Below, piece after piece: positions 1 through 12,970 of a stretch of 64,000 bases of DNA. The DNA lies in contig NC_087445.1 in the NCBI RefSeq assembly GCF_036321535.1, forward strand, positions 8,620,001 to 8,684,000, written 5' to 3'. This stretch comes from Camelus dromedarius (lineage: Eukaryota). Position 1 is the stretch's first letter, and each line of letters starts with the position of its first letter. Position numbers and translations under genes: made by a program. The notes beneath the pieces are model-generated. The model had not been told where the DNA came from, made no database searches, and was given only the letters and a program-made list of their open reading frames with translations.

Positions 1-2727
1 CACCCCAGTGACTGACATCTGGTAGGGAATGAACATGTCCTTTTTGACTGAATAAAACTTTAATGAACAGAATTCCAGATGATCACATTGCATATTGGCA
101 GTGTTTAGCTCCCCTTTCTCATGAAGAGCCACACCAAGTTAGTCTGGCAAACTTTCAGATTAAAGAGAAGAAAACATTCTGAGTTCTAGTGAAAGGCTAC
201 CAAGCACACTGACCGAGGAGATGAACTGAAAAACTTAGTCTTGCTAATTTTCCTGGACTTCCCTGAACCTTTGAGGAAGGCAGGAGAAACCTTGGCTTCA
301 AGTATTAGTTTCTTCAGGGCACACTATCTGGAAATACAGGTAGCCACCAGGTTCCACCAGACCACTCTTTTGGAGTATCCACAAAAGTCGTGTTCTCCAG
401 CTACACATAGGTTCTTTCTTTTCAGATCTTTGGAGAGACCACATTTCCAATAACCCAGCATGCCCAAGGTTAGAGACTGTTGACAAGTGGCTGGCTATAC
501 TCTGGGTCCCAGACTGCATTATGAGGAAGGTTGAAGTCGAGGGGAGCTCTGTGAACATACTGTGCAGTGGCTGCAGCCATTTGGAGACAACCCTTGTTCA
601 GGAGGAAATGGTTTTCTTAAAGACAATTCCTGATTCTGGTTTCCCAATTCCACTTCTGAGCAGCTCCTCTGCTCTACATTGTCTACCTTCAGGAAGAGAG
701 AAAGCCCTCTTGAAAGTGATGTAAGTCTCCCTCTTCTCTGAATAAGGTCTTTGATCCTGCCTCTTTGTCTTGCTTTTGACTTTTATGTTGAATCATCTGT
801 TTTCCTACGCTTTTTCTAATTAATTTGCTAGGCTGAATTAGTGCCAAATAAATAATGAGTTTCCAAATTAGCTGACACCATAATGGAACCAGAGATTTAA
901 TTAATTTAGTACCAAGGGTCTTCTACAGACAATGGTAAGTTTATACCATAAAATGCTGATATTTATTAATGTGGAAAGTTTTCTTATTTTAATACATTAT
1001 TTTAATAACCAGACTTTAATATGGAGACCTTCTCATTCTCATCTGTGTAAACAACAGGATTCAGATCAGGCAAAGACCACACTGATACTCAGTACATTTA
1101 ATTTCCTGTAAAGTTCTTTGATTTCACTTTATGTAACATCAAGAATAATTGGTAATTCTCTGTCTCAATAGTTTTCAGTATTCATGATAATTTTAATAAC
1201 TACTCATATGTTAGCAGTGTAAACCTATGCAGAAATCTCTGGTGTCTGCCTGCCACTGGATCACAGATTGGACGCTTTCTACCAAGACTGCCTTTGGGGT
1301 GTGTACTCTGCCACCTCTCCCACTATTTCCCTAAATGGATTCTCACGAACTAGCTATTTCTAAACCCTGGGTGGACCACAAATTAGTAGAAACTGAACAA
1401 TAACTGGAAACTTGTACTTGGTAAACATATGATTTGGACAGATGATATCCACTGAGGACTCTGATTTCTTCTTGCTTAAAACATAGTTATTGTCGATATA
1501 ATTACCTTCCCTATTAAATCCACTGGATTATTTGGACTATTTGTGTCTATATTGGTAATAGGAACAATAATGGTTTCCATTATTTTATTTATTGAGAAGA
1601 TTCCACCTTCTAAACCTCTGACAGGTTCCTCTTTGGGCCAGTTCTAACCAAACTGTATGGTGATGCAGATTCTGAAAGGTAGGTGTCAGTGTAACCAGAC
1701 TGACACAGCACAGTCCACTGCAACTAACCTGAAAGGTAGACAGAGTTCATAGAAAAATGGATGGGTGGAAAAGCACATGCATCTTAAGACCAATAATTCA
1801 AGGGGGTATTAGAGGAAGGAGGGAACATAGAATTTGCTCAGTCTTTTAAGAGTGTGGAGCAGAAATAAGTGGGGCTGTAAGTAGTATTTCAAATCAAGCC
1901 CTTGAAAATACAGGTGATTCATGGGATAAAGAGAGAGGAGGGGGAGCAGAGGTGAGAACAGTAAGTAGTTATAGGTAATGATCTGTCATGTGAGGCATCT
2001 AGTACAAATGCTAGCTCATATTCCAATGTATTTCAATAAAAGTATGGCTTTTCTATTTGCATTCAAGAAAACGTGTTAGGATCTATGCTAAGAGAAGAGT
2101 GCGGAAATCTGTGTAAATGTAATTTGGGATTTCTCTGTTTAAGACTCAGAAGTAAGCAGGTAAACTGGGATCTGAAATCCATCAGAGAACATGTCAGTGT
2201 TCAGTAGAGGAAAGGTAGATTTCCATGGTCACACAAATGGGAAGAATTTCTTGATGTTCTAAAGCTGTGATTTAATAAGGAGTTAGTATGTGTTAGTCAG
2301 GAGAAACTTTGTGCCTCTGAGTAGATAAACTCTACAAGAAAATTCTTAAAGGGAAAGATTAGCTGCTGACATGGAAGATGTATCTTAATAATATTACCTG
2401 TACCTTCTTGAAGCTCTTCTCTCCCTCTCTCTCAACAATTAGGTATAGAGTCCATGGCAGAATGTCCCGTATGTGTTAATGCATTTTAAAACTTCTTGAT
2501 TTAATTATTAGTAAAAAATAAAATCTGTTGTTCTACACGTTACTAGCTTCATTCTGGAAATGAGGAAGCAGATTCGGACAGGTTACAGAAGAACAGAGTC
2601 GTTCAGCTGATCGGCTGCAGAGCTGAAGTTCACACAGAGGCTCCATGCGGTCATGCTCCCTGTGCATTGCCGGAATGTGAGCCTGGCCTCAGGAGAGCGT
2701 GTGCCTGCGGGCAAATACTTCTCATCA

Positions 2728-3318
2728 TCAGGCCTGGTTTTAACGTTTGGGGGTCTTAGGGCACATCTGTAAATGTAGGCCCACATACCATAAAATGAAC
2801 AAACTGTTAAAAAATATTCTGCCCTTGTATCCCGAGAAATCTGCCTTCACGAGGCCAGTTTTGAATTGAGAGCTCTTGGGCTCCTTGGATTTCCACACCA
2901 AGATGTGACTCCCATCCCATCCCCCTTCTTTTCCCACCCTTTTGCCAGCATCTGTCTTGCACCCTGAGGGGTCTTATGCATAACTGTGTAGATACTCCGG
3001 CCACCTATCCAACCCCTCCCCACCACCAGCTGCTCCTTGGCCTCCCCATGGCCTGGAGGTACAAATGTGAGCATCACAGCCAACCTCAAAGTGGAGGCCC
3101 ACGCAGACTCTGGAAGTGCTCAGGGTAGTCCGGGTGGGATTTCAGTTTCCCAGATAGCCACAGTCTAGTCTGTGAGGAGGGGACCTGGGGGTGTGCACAC
3201 TGTGTGAGCCAAATGCCTTTGCTCCTGTGGAGTCCTTATTCCTTGCGGAAGGGGCACCATCCGAGGAGGGGCAAGGTTGGGCAGAGACCCCTGCTGTTGG
3301 ATATGAGGGTGGCACTGC
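2728..3318. mobile_element. Ancient hAT-Tip100-type DNA transposon (MamRep4096-like)
   Basis: Starts caggcctggttttaacgtttggggg and ends gagggtggcactg; the GC-rich right part resembles the recalled MamRep4096 consensus. Family is tentative. Confidence 0.45.
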
Positions 3319-4554
3319 TCCCACTCATTCTGTGTAGTAGCAGGGACAGAAATGGCTCCCAGCATTTGAAATTAGCAGTCATTGCTGGTTCCCTGGTCAA
3401 CACCCTTTTCATTCATATAAGAAAGCAGTGGTCAAGAGTCTTTGTGATCCTCTGTCTAACCTTCACCTACTACTCCTCTGTACTCAGTAACTGAGGAAAA
3501 GAGAGAGCAAGTCCAAAAAAGGACCATTTCAACCCACTAGATATATTCTTAAATTTTCAAAAGAATTCTAGCTACACGGCAGGTCTGAAATGCTCTCAGC
3601 AAATGCTTAGAAATGGGCCAGGGAAGAACAAAACCCATTCCCTTGTAAGCTGGCCTGCCAGTACACTCCCTGGAATCTGAGCCAGTAATTCACGCAGGGA
3701 GGGGCTACTTACCAAATTATTCCATGCCCTTCACCTTACATCCATCGTGAGAAATACCCTAGGCCCCAAGAAGCTTCAAAATGAAGGAATTAAGACTCTA
3801 AGACTGAACTGGCCAAAAACTCATCATCTTTTACCTTTTATCAGTGTAAATCAACCTAAATTATATGAGAGGAGAAATAGCTTCCTCGTATTTTTCATGT
3901 TGAAATATATATAATGTAGGCTCTGCCGGGAAGAATGAATAGAGTAGGAAGGTCCCCATAGTCAGTGCTCTCTAGCAGTCTGAAGAGACTCTGAGTATTA
4001 AGCACATAATGTGGAAAATTGGTCAGAGACTCCAGTTTCCATGGAAATTCACGTGTTTACCTAAAGAGTGATACAGGATGAGATTTCAGGATAAATGGCA
4101 TCCAGTGCTATCACTTTGCCTTTAGGAACGTACTATGTAGACGCTGAAGCCCAAGACTATGGAGGAAGTAAGGCTGATATGGGCAAAAGCTGTCACAAAG
4201 CCACCACAGGCATAATTATTTTAATAAACAAGTCTACTTTAAGTTTAAGGGAAATCCTACACTTAAGTTTCAGAGACTTGGTGAAAATCTTAATGTAAGA
4301 TCTCTTCCTCTTTTTCCTAAACACACAGTGGGAGATTACATCAATTACTATGAGCAAGCAATTACTAAGAAACATGAAATGGAAACAGAATGAAACCATT
4401 TAAACACACATTGGACTTAAAACACAAGTGAAAGCATGTCCCTCCTTAGCGAATTTACCAAATTCTCTATGTGGGTGTTAACTGCTGTTGGTGTTTAGTT
4501 GTCTCATAAAATTATAATGTTGATTGAGGAATGAGACCTTAGAGACATTCTATG

Positions 4555-4810
4555 TTGGTGGTTCCCCTACCTGGCTGATCATGAAATCGTATGCAGTAAC
4601 GCTTCCCAAACTTTAATGTCCACGTCACCTGGGATCTTGATGAAAGTAGACACTCTGGCTCAGTAGGTCTGGGGTGGGGCCTGATGCTCTGCACTTGTAA
4701 CATGTTCTCAGCTGGTAACTCACACTGCTGGTCTGTGCACCATACTTGGGATGACAGAAAGCTAGAGACCTGTGTAAAAATGCAGACTCTGCATTCTCAC
4801 TCCTAGAGGG
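4555..4810. mobile_element. MER5-family hAT-Charlie MITE(s), probably one nested in another
   Basis: Core tcagtaggtctggggtggggcctg...tgctggtctgtgcaccatact matches recalled MER5A/MER5A1; flanking pieces (ctggctgatcatgaaatc, aaaatgcagactct) are also MER5-like. Confidence 0.7.
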
Positions 4811-4829
4811 TCAAAGTCAGTGCAAGAGC

Positions 4830-4960
4830 ACTTGAACAGTTCCTTATTTTATAGAGGAGGGAACCGAGGTTCAAAGGAGCATAGTGACATCATGAGTAAC
4901 AAGGCGGCAGTCAGGCCAGCAGTGGGCAGAAGGCCTCCTCGCCCCAGCCCACTTCTGTTT
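4830..4960 (-). mobile_element. MIR SINE fragment
   Basis: cttattttatagaggagggaaccgaggttcaaagg resembles the MIR core (cattttacagatgaggaaactgaggctcagagagg). Confidence 0.55.
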
Positions 4961-4999
4961 CACTCACACGACGTCTTCCGTGCTGTGGGCACTTTCCAC

Positions 5000-5530
5000 A
5001 CTTGACAGTTGGGTGTGCTACCCATGCAGTTACACAGGGCTCTGTGCGAAGAGGAACCCTGTGTCTGGGGTTTAAGGCTTATGGTTGACATCTTGAAATT
5101 CCTAATAACTTCATCTTTGAGTTTGTGTTTTGTAATTGAAGTCCACTGGGACAGTGGAGCGTGTGTAAGGGGAGAGCTTAGAGTCTTGGCTCAGATGTGG
5201 TCTCCTGCAGCTTCCCCACATCCCCGGGATGGATTGTCAGCCCCCTGGTGACCCAGGCTCTGCCTGGCCTCCCTCTCCCCACCTCTGCCCCAGAACCTCT
5301 GCCAGTCTCCACCAGGCTGAATTGGGGAGGGGAGCTTTGTATCCCTCCAGCATTCTCCTCTCCCCTGGAGACCTGGGTCGTTATGTGGGGGAGGATTAGG
5401 GTTGAGAGTGGCCCATGGTGTCCCAGGGCAGGGTGTGATGGCAGGGTCCCTGCACCAGGAGAGCAGTGCAGTGGCTTGGCAGGGGCTTTTTATGCGCCCT
5501 CATTCAAGTACCAAGCATGTGTTTGAGCAG
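5000..5530 (+). mobile_element. MER45-family (MER45C/R-like) hAT-Tip100 DNA transposon
   Basis: tgcagttacacagggc...catcttgaaattcctaataacttcatctttgagtttgtgttttgtaattgaagtcc...gggacagtggagc matches the recalled MER45 5' end. Confidence 0.75.
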
Positions 5531-8500
5531 AAGTTTAGATCCCCTGTGGTTGCTGGCAGATCATAGATTTAACAGATATTCTAATTGTATATAACATGAT
5601 ACTAAATATAATTAGAATATCTTTCTAATTTCAGGGAATCCTCTAGTTATACATGGAAAATAATCTGAAATGTAAACCCACTTCCAGTGTTTCCAAAGTT
5701 GTTAGGCCTGTTTTAAGGCTCCATACTGAATAACTTGGTGCCCTGATTTAAAGCTTTGTTTTCATGCCTGTAATATCATTTACTGTGTTCTTAGGAGAGA
5801 AAGGGAATAAATCTGAGTTTTTGATATGGCATATGTAACTAGAAGTATAATGTATTGTTTTATTTAAATAAATCAGAGATAACTCAGAGCTGATAAAGGC
5901 CAAAAAGTGCCTTGATTGTTAGTATTAAACTTTATCTTTCCACGTTAGATAATGCAATTAGGAGAATAATGATGAAACCACCTCCCCCAGTTCTTTGACG
6001 AGGTTCAAGGAATGAATGAGTCAGTGAGGGTAAGTCCCTGTATCTGATGCATTATTTTGGGTGAGATGGTCCTGTGGGAAAGTGGCTCTGTTCTAATGGA
6101 AAAATGATGCAAAAATGAGTTCATGAAAGGAATGAATTTTGGTTACAGATAAGATTGCTAAAATTTGCTTATCTTTTCTTTTTGGAAGGTATCTTGGTAC
6201 TCAACCTGACCCACTGGAGTTTCCTTGAATAAGAGCTTTGGCAGGGACACAGCAAAAATATTTTATGGCCTAAGAATGGTAATTTATGTCACATCCATCA
6301 TCTTCTACCTCATTCTAAAGGAAGAATACCCTGACCATGGGAGAATCCTGGCCCAGGGTCAGGCAGCAGGGCTGGTGTGTGATATTGGAGTATCCACATT
6401 ATGTTAAGTGGTTTAGGGGAGGTTAAAACAGGCATCATTAGTGCATTTGGTTTTTTTAAGAGCCATTTGCAATGGACTACCTGAAATAGTGTGAAATCCT
6501 TTAGGGATTTTGATGGAAACTTCTGGTTGCCTTGAGCATCTCTGTGCTGCCTTGCCATTAACATGTAAATTGAGTTGGAGTGTGACTTGTTTGTGGTGGT
6601 TTGAACAAAACATTTCAATTTCAGTCACCAAAATGGAACTTCTCGAAAGCTGTTCCCCAAGATTGATGACAGGGAAGGTCATGGGCTTCAGCAAGGGAAT
6701 TAGGAAGAACAGCGCGGACTGTCTCAGGTTTGCAGAACATTTACCTCTGAGATAAAACCTTGGTTTTTATTTTCAAGGATATCCTAGAGTAGGCAAAGGT
6801 AATGCAATTATTCTCAGAGGAAGTACACAGTGATAGAACAATGGGAACACTTAAAAGGTGCCCTTAACCATTTTCATATAAAGGGAAGGCTGAAAAGGCT
6901 CTGTTCATTCATTTATATTGTCATTATAAAATGCCTTGGAAACCAAGGGTCGTGAATGTAAATTGCTGGGGAAGCAATTGACATAATTAATGGAGGAGAA
7001 AATGTTCTTTTAAAAATGTTCCTACAATCAGAATTTGGATATAGTGTTCTTTGAAATGTGTGAATGTTGATTTTCAAGTCTGACTTGGAGATATTTTTTC
7101 TCTCTTGTGCATATTGGGCATAAATGAGTATTAGACTCAACACCCACCTTGTTAATCTGGAGCAGTGCTGCGTCTATGACATCAGGAATGCCTGAGCATT
7201 TGTAACTTTTGATCATATTTATATGCATGTCACATCTCAGACATTATTTAATATTGTTAAAATGAATTTCCAGGCAAAAGTGACACAATTTAAAACATGA
7301 TGGCAGAGTTATAAAATTGCCAATTTATTTTCTTTCATAAGTGTCCATGACAAAAGCAAACATAGAAAATATTTTGAGTTCTGCTTCACTTCTGTAATGG
7401 CTTGATGCCATTTTATAACAATGATTATAAAAAATAACCAGTTAAAGTTGATGATAATGTATCCTAAATAATATTGACAAATACAATGCTCAAAAAGAAA
7501 TGTTTCCAATTGAGATTCAAAATATGACTGAAGCTAAATTGGCTTTGTCTATCATTTTATATTTAAAAGTATTATTAGAAAATGTAGTTAATGATAGTAC
7601 CTTCCGTATAGGGTTGTTAAAATATTCAATGATTAGTTCATGCAAAATGCTTAAAATAGTGTCTGAAATGCAGAAACTGTATTTGTTGTATTATTAACAA
7701 TATGATTTACAGTTAGCCCGACAGTTACAGTTGGAGTTGCATATGGTTTTACACTAAACTCCTAAATCTTTTTGGGAGTTGTTCAACATTCCTGTGTTTA
7801 GATTAAGCTCTTAATCTTCATTTAAAAGTCTGGGATTTCATCTTTCATCCCAGTAAATACTTCCTGTCTTTTCAAATGTGGTGAATGCTTTTCAATCCCA
7901 AATATTCTCTATAAAAACAATTTGTAGCTGAGTCCCATAAATAAAAACAGAACTTACAGAAAATCACCAATTAAATATACCACAACTATATCAGAAGTGT
8001 AGACACATTTTTTTCAAGGAAATGTATATGGTGAAGTGTTTTAAAATGCAGTTTTGCCTTAGCATTTTCTTTTCACATTCTCCACTAAGTAAATGTTAAA
8101 TCAAAGGCAACTTTTGTTTATGTGAGATTCTCACCCCAAAAGTTTATAACAAGTATCAACTGGCACAAAAACGAATCCAAGATTTATCAGATGCTTTATT
8201 CTCACAAAACCCACATACAGAAGTAGAATGATTTATACTCCTCCGACTTAGCTCTTATGTGTCATGAGCAGTGATATTGCTTATTAGTGAAGACTGAATC
8301 CCTGTGACCAAGGTCAACCTGAAATTGGGAAACAGTAAATCAGGGCATCGTGCTCTCCATTACTTCCGATTCTCTTAAACATGAGTCCATTTCTCATTGG
8401 CCTGCTCATTTCAGTGGGAAACAGAAAAGGCTCTGTTGAGGATGTTACCTGGGAATATCATGTTAAACCTGAAACACAGCAGGATTTCCTTCAACTGCCT

Positions 8501-9991
8501 TGATTTACCCACACCTGACACATCCTTTATAAAATGTTAGCGGGTCCATGGTTCTGTACAGGTAGCCATAAACCTTGGAACCTCAGTAATAAGGAGTTCT
8601 TATTTGGGGCTGCCAGTGAGGGAGAATATTGCTGGCATAATAATGGGTCAACAGGCATTTGCAAAGTTTAGAAACTCTTCTCTCAAGAGGTATAGGGGTC
8701 TCTTTGGGGCATGATGGGTCCATTAAGTATATAGCAGGACAGAGATAAAGCTCAAAGGCATGAGGTCCATTCTCCAGAAGGAGGATTCTGGCAGGCTCAA
8801 TGAGCTGTCAATTCCTTGCCCAAATAAGATTCAAGTCCCTAGCAGAGAATGAGCTATAAGTTAGGAGTGGAGGGAGAGCCTTATTTATATTTACAGACTA
8901 GGCATGCATGGAAGAGACTATTCTTACAAATTAGCTTCCCACTGACTCATGCCAGATACACAGGATTTGGACTTAAGTCAATAAGCCTAATTCTGAATGT
9001 TGTCAATACAGTTGACATCATTTCTGCCACTACCCCAGATGAGGCTGAGCTCTTAATATATAACCATTCAAACTCACCTGTCAGTCTAGGACACACCTAC
9101 ATGTGAAGGCCTCAGTCTCTCCCACTGATCAGGGGAAGGAGTTGGCAGGTAGCAGGCTCCCAGCAGCAGGACTGACAAAGCCTGTGTCATTGGGAAGATT
9201 TGCTTTGCAAGAAAATTCTGAGTTTGATTTCATGGCCTTAAATCCAGGTTAAACCCATCAAGAGGTTTTGACTCCCCCACCTCTTCTGGAATAAGGCATT
9301 TCAGTTAATCAACTTCCTTAAGATGACTTCACATATTTTGTGCTCAGATGCTGAACTTCAGAGAACTTGATCTGATGTCCCAAATGGACCATGCTCCTAA
9401 TACCAGCCTCCCTGCGTGGTGGGAGGTTGGTGGTTAGTCCATTCCTATGGGGCCAGCAGTTTCTGTACTTCACTCCATCTCTTTCAGAACTTTGATAACT
9501 GATTTGCAACTAGTTACCTACAAAATGCAAAATATATGGCTGCTTAAGTTTAGGATTGCACTATTGTAGGTCTAGCAAATTGTCCTTCACTTCAGCTCCT
9601 TTCACATTATGTAATCTAGTCTCAGTGTTTTGGGGGTGTGAGGGGGAAGTGAGTGATGCTGCCAAATGCTGGGCATTCACAAAATCATGCTCGCCATTGT
9701 GTTTTTCCTAGGAGCTCGGCTTCTTCACTGTGTTTCTCTGATAACTAATAGGGTGTGCCTGAACCAAGTCTAAAGGTTCAAAAATGATGCACTGATGTCT
9801 GTGTCCTCAAATCACCTAACTCTTGAATGGGTCAGTTTGAGTTTACTGATTTAGGGCTGCATCCTGCTAAGATTGCCTTCTATTCGCTTGGGCCCAGTTG
9901 CCTGGGTTAGTCCATGCTGAGTGTATACACCCTTTGTGCTTTCTCCTTGTCTACCCTGTACCCTTATTTCTATAGAAGCCAACACTTTGTC

Positions 9992-10330
9992 CAGAGGCAG
10001 ATTTGCCTGGATGCTAACTGAGCATAAGCTTCAAGGCTTCTCCATTACATGTCCCTGCCAGGGCTGAGAGTTGTCAAGTGTCCGACATGAAGAAGGAACA
10101 CTTGGGTATAACCAGGCAGCATCTCTGTAAGAATATCTGGTTACTGGTCCAAAAAGACCTAAGAAGAAAGACCTGGATCTCTAAGAACCCAATCATTTCT
10201 TATTCTTTCTCTAATCTCAATAAATATTCATTTGTACCTAATTTTTTTATTATTTTTCTTATAGAGTCATCCTCTCCTCCCCCAGATAGTTTGAGTTCAG
10301 GCAGGCCTCACATAGCCTGGGCCCACCCTT
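9992..10330. mobile_element. hAT-Tip100-type non-autonomous DNA transposon (MamRep38/Zaphod-like)
   Basis: Ends cagaggcagattt...aagcttcaagg and ...ttcaggcaggcctcacatagcctgggcccaccctt; internal aataaatattcatttgtacctaatttt is typical of this group. Confidence 0.6.
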
Positions 10331-10948
10331 GCTGTGGGGGTTATTGTTATTTTTGCAGCCTGCAATGTTCCTACCGTGTTAGCTGGCAGCTGAGTGGTAG
10401 GAGGGTGCCTCTCTTCCTGTTACTCACCTCACACTCGGGGATACTTCAGCTGTGTGAGAACTTGTACTAGTGTCTACACTTGACCTCCAGTAGGTTTGTC
10501 TGGGACATCCTGCTGCATCCGCTCCTCCCTAGTTGGCTCAGCAGTGACTTACATTATCAGGATGCTCGCTTTCTTTTTTCTTCTGATTCTTGTCTCAGCT
10601 TCCTGGACTGTTTAGCTTTTAATTTCTTCCCCATGGAACACTCTTTGATGAGAAACATTGCTAGGGAATCTTGGTGACCCTCTTGATCTGTGAAACTTGG
10701 AATTCATGGAGCATTCCCCACAGAAACACCTTTTTCTGTAAGAAGCTAGAGAGTTCTCCAGTCTCAACAATTTCCATATCTTTGGAACACAATCTACTTA
10801 AATATGCAAAGGCAGTCTCTCTTCTGTGCCCTGGTTCATCTTGAAAACTGAATTCTCTGACTAAATTCTTCCATAGAAAGATACAGGCTGTCAAACTAGG
10901 TTAAACAAAATCGAGGAATGTGCTGTTCACAGGAAACTTGGTTCAGAC

Positions 10949-11462
10949 TGTAGGGGAGGAAACATTTTCTTCTCTCATTCCAGTTCTTTGGTTGGCTTAA
11001 TAGTTAAATTGACATAAAACAGATTAATAGGAGAAAGATAAGCAAAAATTTAACAATGTGTATACATGAGGGAAGCCCAGGAAAACTTAGTAACTCTCTG
11101 ATAAATGGGAGCCTTCACCTTAAATACTATCTTCAGCTAAAGACAAAGATTTTGGGGCTGAGGAGTCAGTTATGGGAAGTTACAAGGAAGGGCACAGTAA
11201 TGATCATTGTGGAGATTTAAGTCATTGTCTTCTCTGTTGGTAATAGTTTCTAGAGATAAGGTCATCCCCCTCTTCTGGGTACCACAGGCTGACACCCTAC
11301 AAATGGAGATTTCCCTTATACACGTAAGTATCTCTTACAGGGTAACTTCTATTCAGTTTTCAGAGCTTCTCCTGTGTGTGCCATTTCTTAAATATAATCA
11401 CCCTAAAATAATCAATATGCCAAAGAATCATGTTTTGGGGTGGCAAATTACATTCCTTTACA
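10949..11462 (-). mobile_element. ERV1 solo LTR, MER34/MER39-like
   Basis: TG...CA termini (tgtaggggagga...cctttaca), 514 bp, near-TSD agac/agag; aaaataatcaatatgccaaag...ttttggggtggca is characteristic of MER34. Confidence 0.8.
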
Positions 11463-11841
11463 AGAGCAAGTGATAAAGAACAGCTGAAAATAATGGAATT
11501 AATCAAGAGATACGAGGCAAATGTAAACATGAGAAAAGATGAGAATGTCAGTATTTCACCAGAAAAGCTTAGATAGAATAATTAAAAGCAGTAAGCAGTG
11601 TAAAGAGAGATGTTTTTAAATTATAATAGGCACAGTTCATATCAATGTAACCATCATTACCCAGTGTGCATCCAGTAGCAAAAGAGGTACATACATAAGG
11701 AAAATATATTAGAAATATATGGAGATACTGATATAAATCAAGTTATAGTATAATTTAGTAAAATTATTTGAGGATTAAAGATCAAAAGAGGTAAAGAATT
11801 GAGAAACTAAGCAATGCTGATAAACTGTAGTGTGTGTACAT

Positions 11842-12298
11842 TGTCGACTGAAGACAAAAATGCACAACCTAAAAGTTGAGAATTAGTGTTATTCAGTGGA
11901 TGTACTGAGGACTTAAGGCTGGGAGACAGCCTCTCAGATAGCTCTGAGGGACTGTTCTGAAGAGGTAAAGAGGAAGAAAGGGTATATAGGAGTTTTTGCA
12001 AAAAAACAGGTAGTCAGAACATCAAAATATTACTGTTAATTAAAGAAAACCAGCTACCTCAAGTTAATGAATTTAGGGATTTTTATATATGGGAGGATGC
12101 AAGAGTCTGGGCTCCTTGAAATCATTTCTTTGATGTGCACCTTAGCCATCTAGGGCCAGTGTCCTGTTTTCTCCATCCTGCATCCCCTCAGGGTGCACAG
12201 TCAGGTAAGGGTGGGGGTGGGGGGCTGAAGTGGCTGCTGGCTTGATGGCCACAACATCCTTTGTTTACTGATATGGCAAGCAACATTCCTTGTCCACA
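11842..12298 (-). mobile_element. ERV1 solo LTR, MER41-like (cetartiodactyl type)
   Basis: TG...CA termini (tgtcgactgaa...tgtccaca), 457 bp, near-TSD acat/atat; tgcacaacctaaaagttgagaatt and cagcctctcagatagctctgaggg match the recalled MER41_BT-like consensus. Confidence 0.8.
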
Positions 12299-12970
12299 AT
12301 ATATAAATTACTTACTTTTATTATGGCCATTTAAAAAGGATATCATGCATTTGGTTGGAAAGAAAGGTTTATATTTGAAAAGTAGAGATTTTATAGGTTT
12401 TGTTTTTTGATAATAATCAAATCAAATCAAATCAAAATACATTATAAATGTATTTCTAAAAGATTAACATCCTTCAATATTCATGAATAAAATAGGAAAT
12501 TACAAAATATATAGGAACAAATACAGCCAAAGCTATATTCAGAGGAAATGTATAGCTTTAGATATAAAGAATAAAGACAGAAATATAAGGAAATTAATAC
12601 TTGTTTTAAGAAGTTAATAAAAAGAACAATAGGATAAATAAATCTGGAAGAGAGGAGAGATAATGGTAAAACATAAAATTAATGAAAAGGAAAACAAAAA
12701 CATAATAGAAATAATATACTATAAAACTCTTTGAAAAGACAAAATAGAAAAACTGCTGTGAGCATGATTAAGAAAAAAGAGGTAAAATATATAAGATTAA
12801 GAATGAGAAAGGAAACAAAACTATAGATTAAAAAGTTAAGATGATTAGAAAGCATCACATGCAACGTTAGATAACAAAGTTGCTAATGTAGCAGAAAATG
12901 ATTTACTAAAATTAACCTAGGAAAAGTGAAAAACTTAAACAGATATGCTGAAAATTAAGAGAAATGAGAT

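Noticed and set aside
241..453. ORF beginning LIFLDFPEPL, faintly like the CR1/L2 RT motif IYLDFSKAFD
   Set aside because: Only a few residues match, and flanking RT motifs are not at the expected spacing.
2583..2786. Minus-strand 67-aa ORF with an internal ttacag acceptor as a possible last exon
   Set aside because: Weak pyrimidine tract, overlap with the end of a DNA transposon, and an unrecognisable peptide.
6310..6755. Three overlapping 80-100 aa ORFs and a possible exon after atttcag (~6624)
   Set aside because: No recognisable domain and no convincing donor; consistent with chance.
8449..8468. Minus-strand 20-nt mini-exon (tttcag|...CCCAG|gtaaca)
   Set aside because: Frame-shifting length, moderate sites, and no supporting neighbouring exons.
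10078..10470. 130-aa ORF
   Set aside because: Runs through a non-coding hAT MITE, has a non-ATG start, and shows no protein similarity that I recognise.
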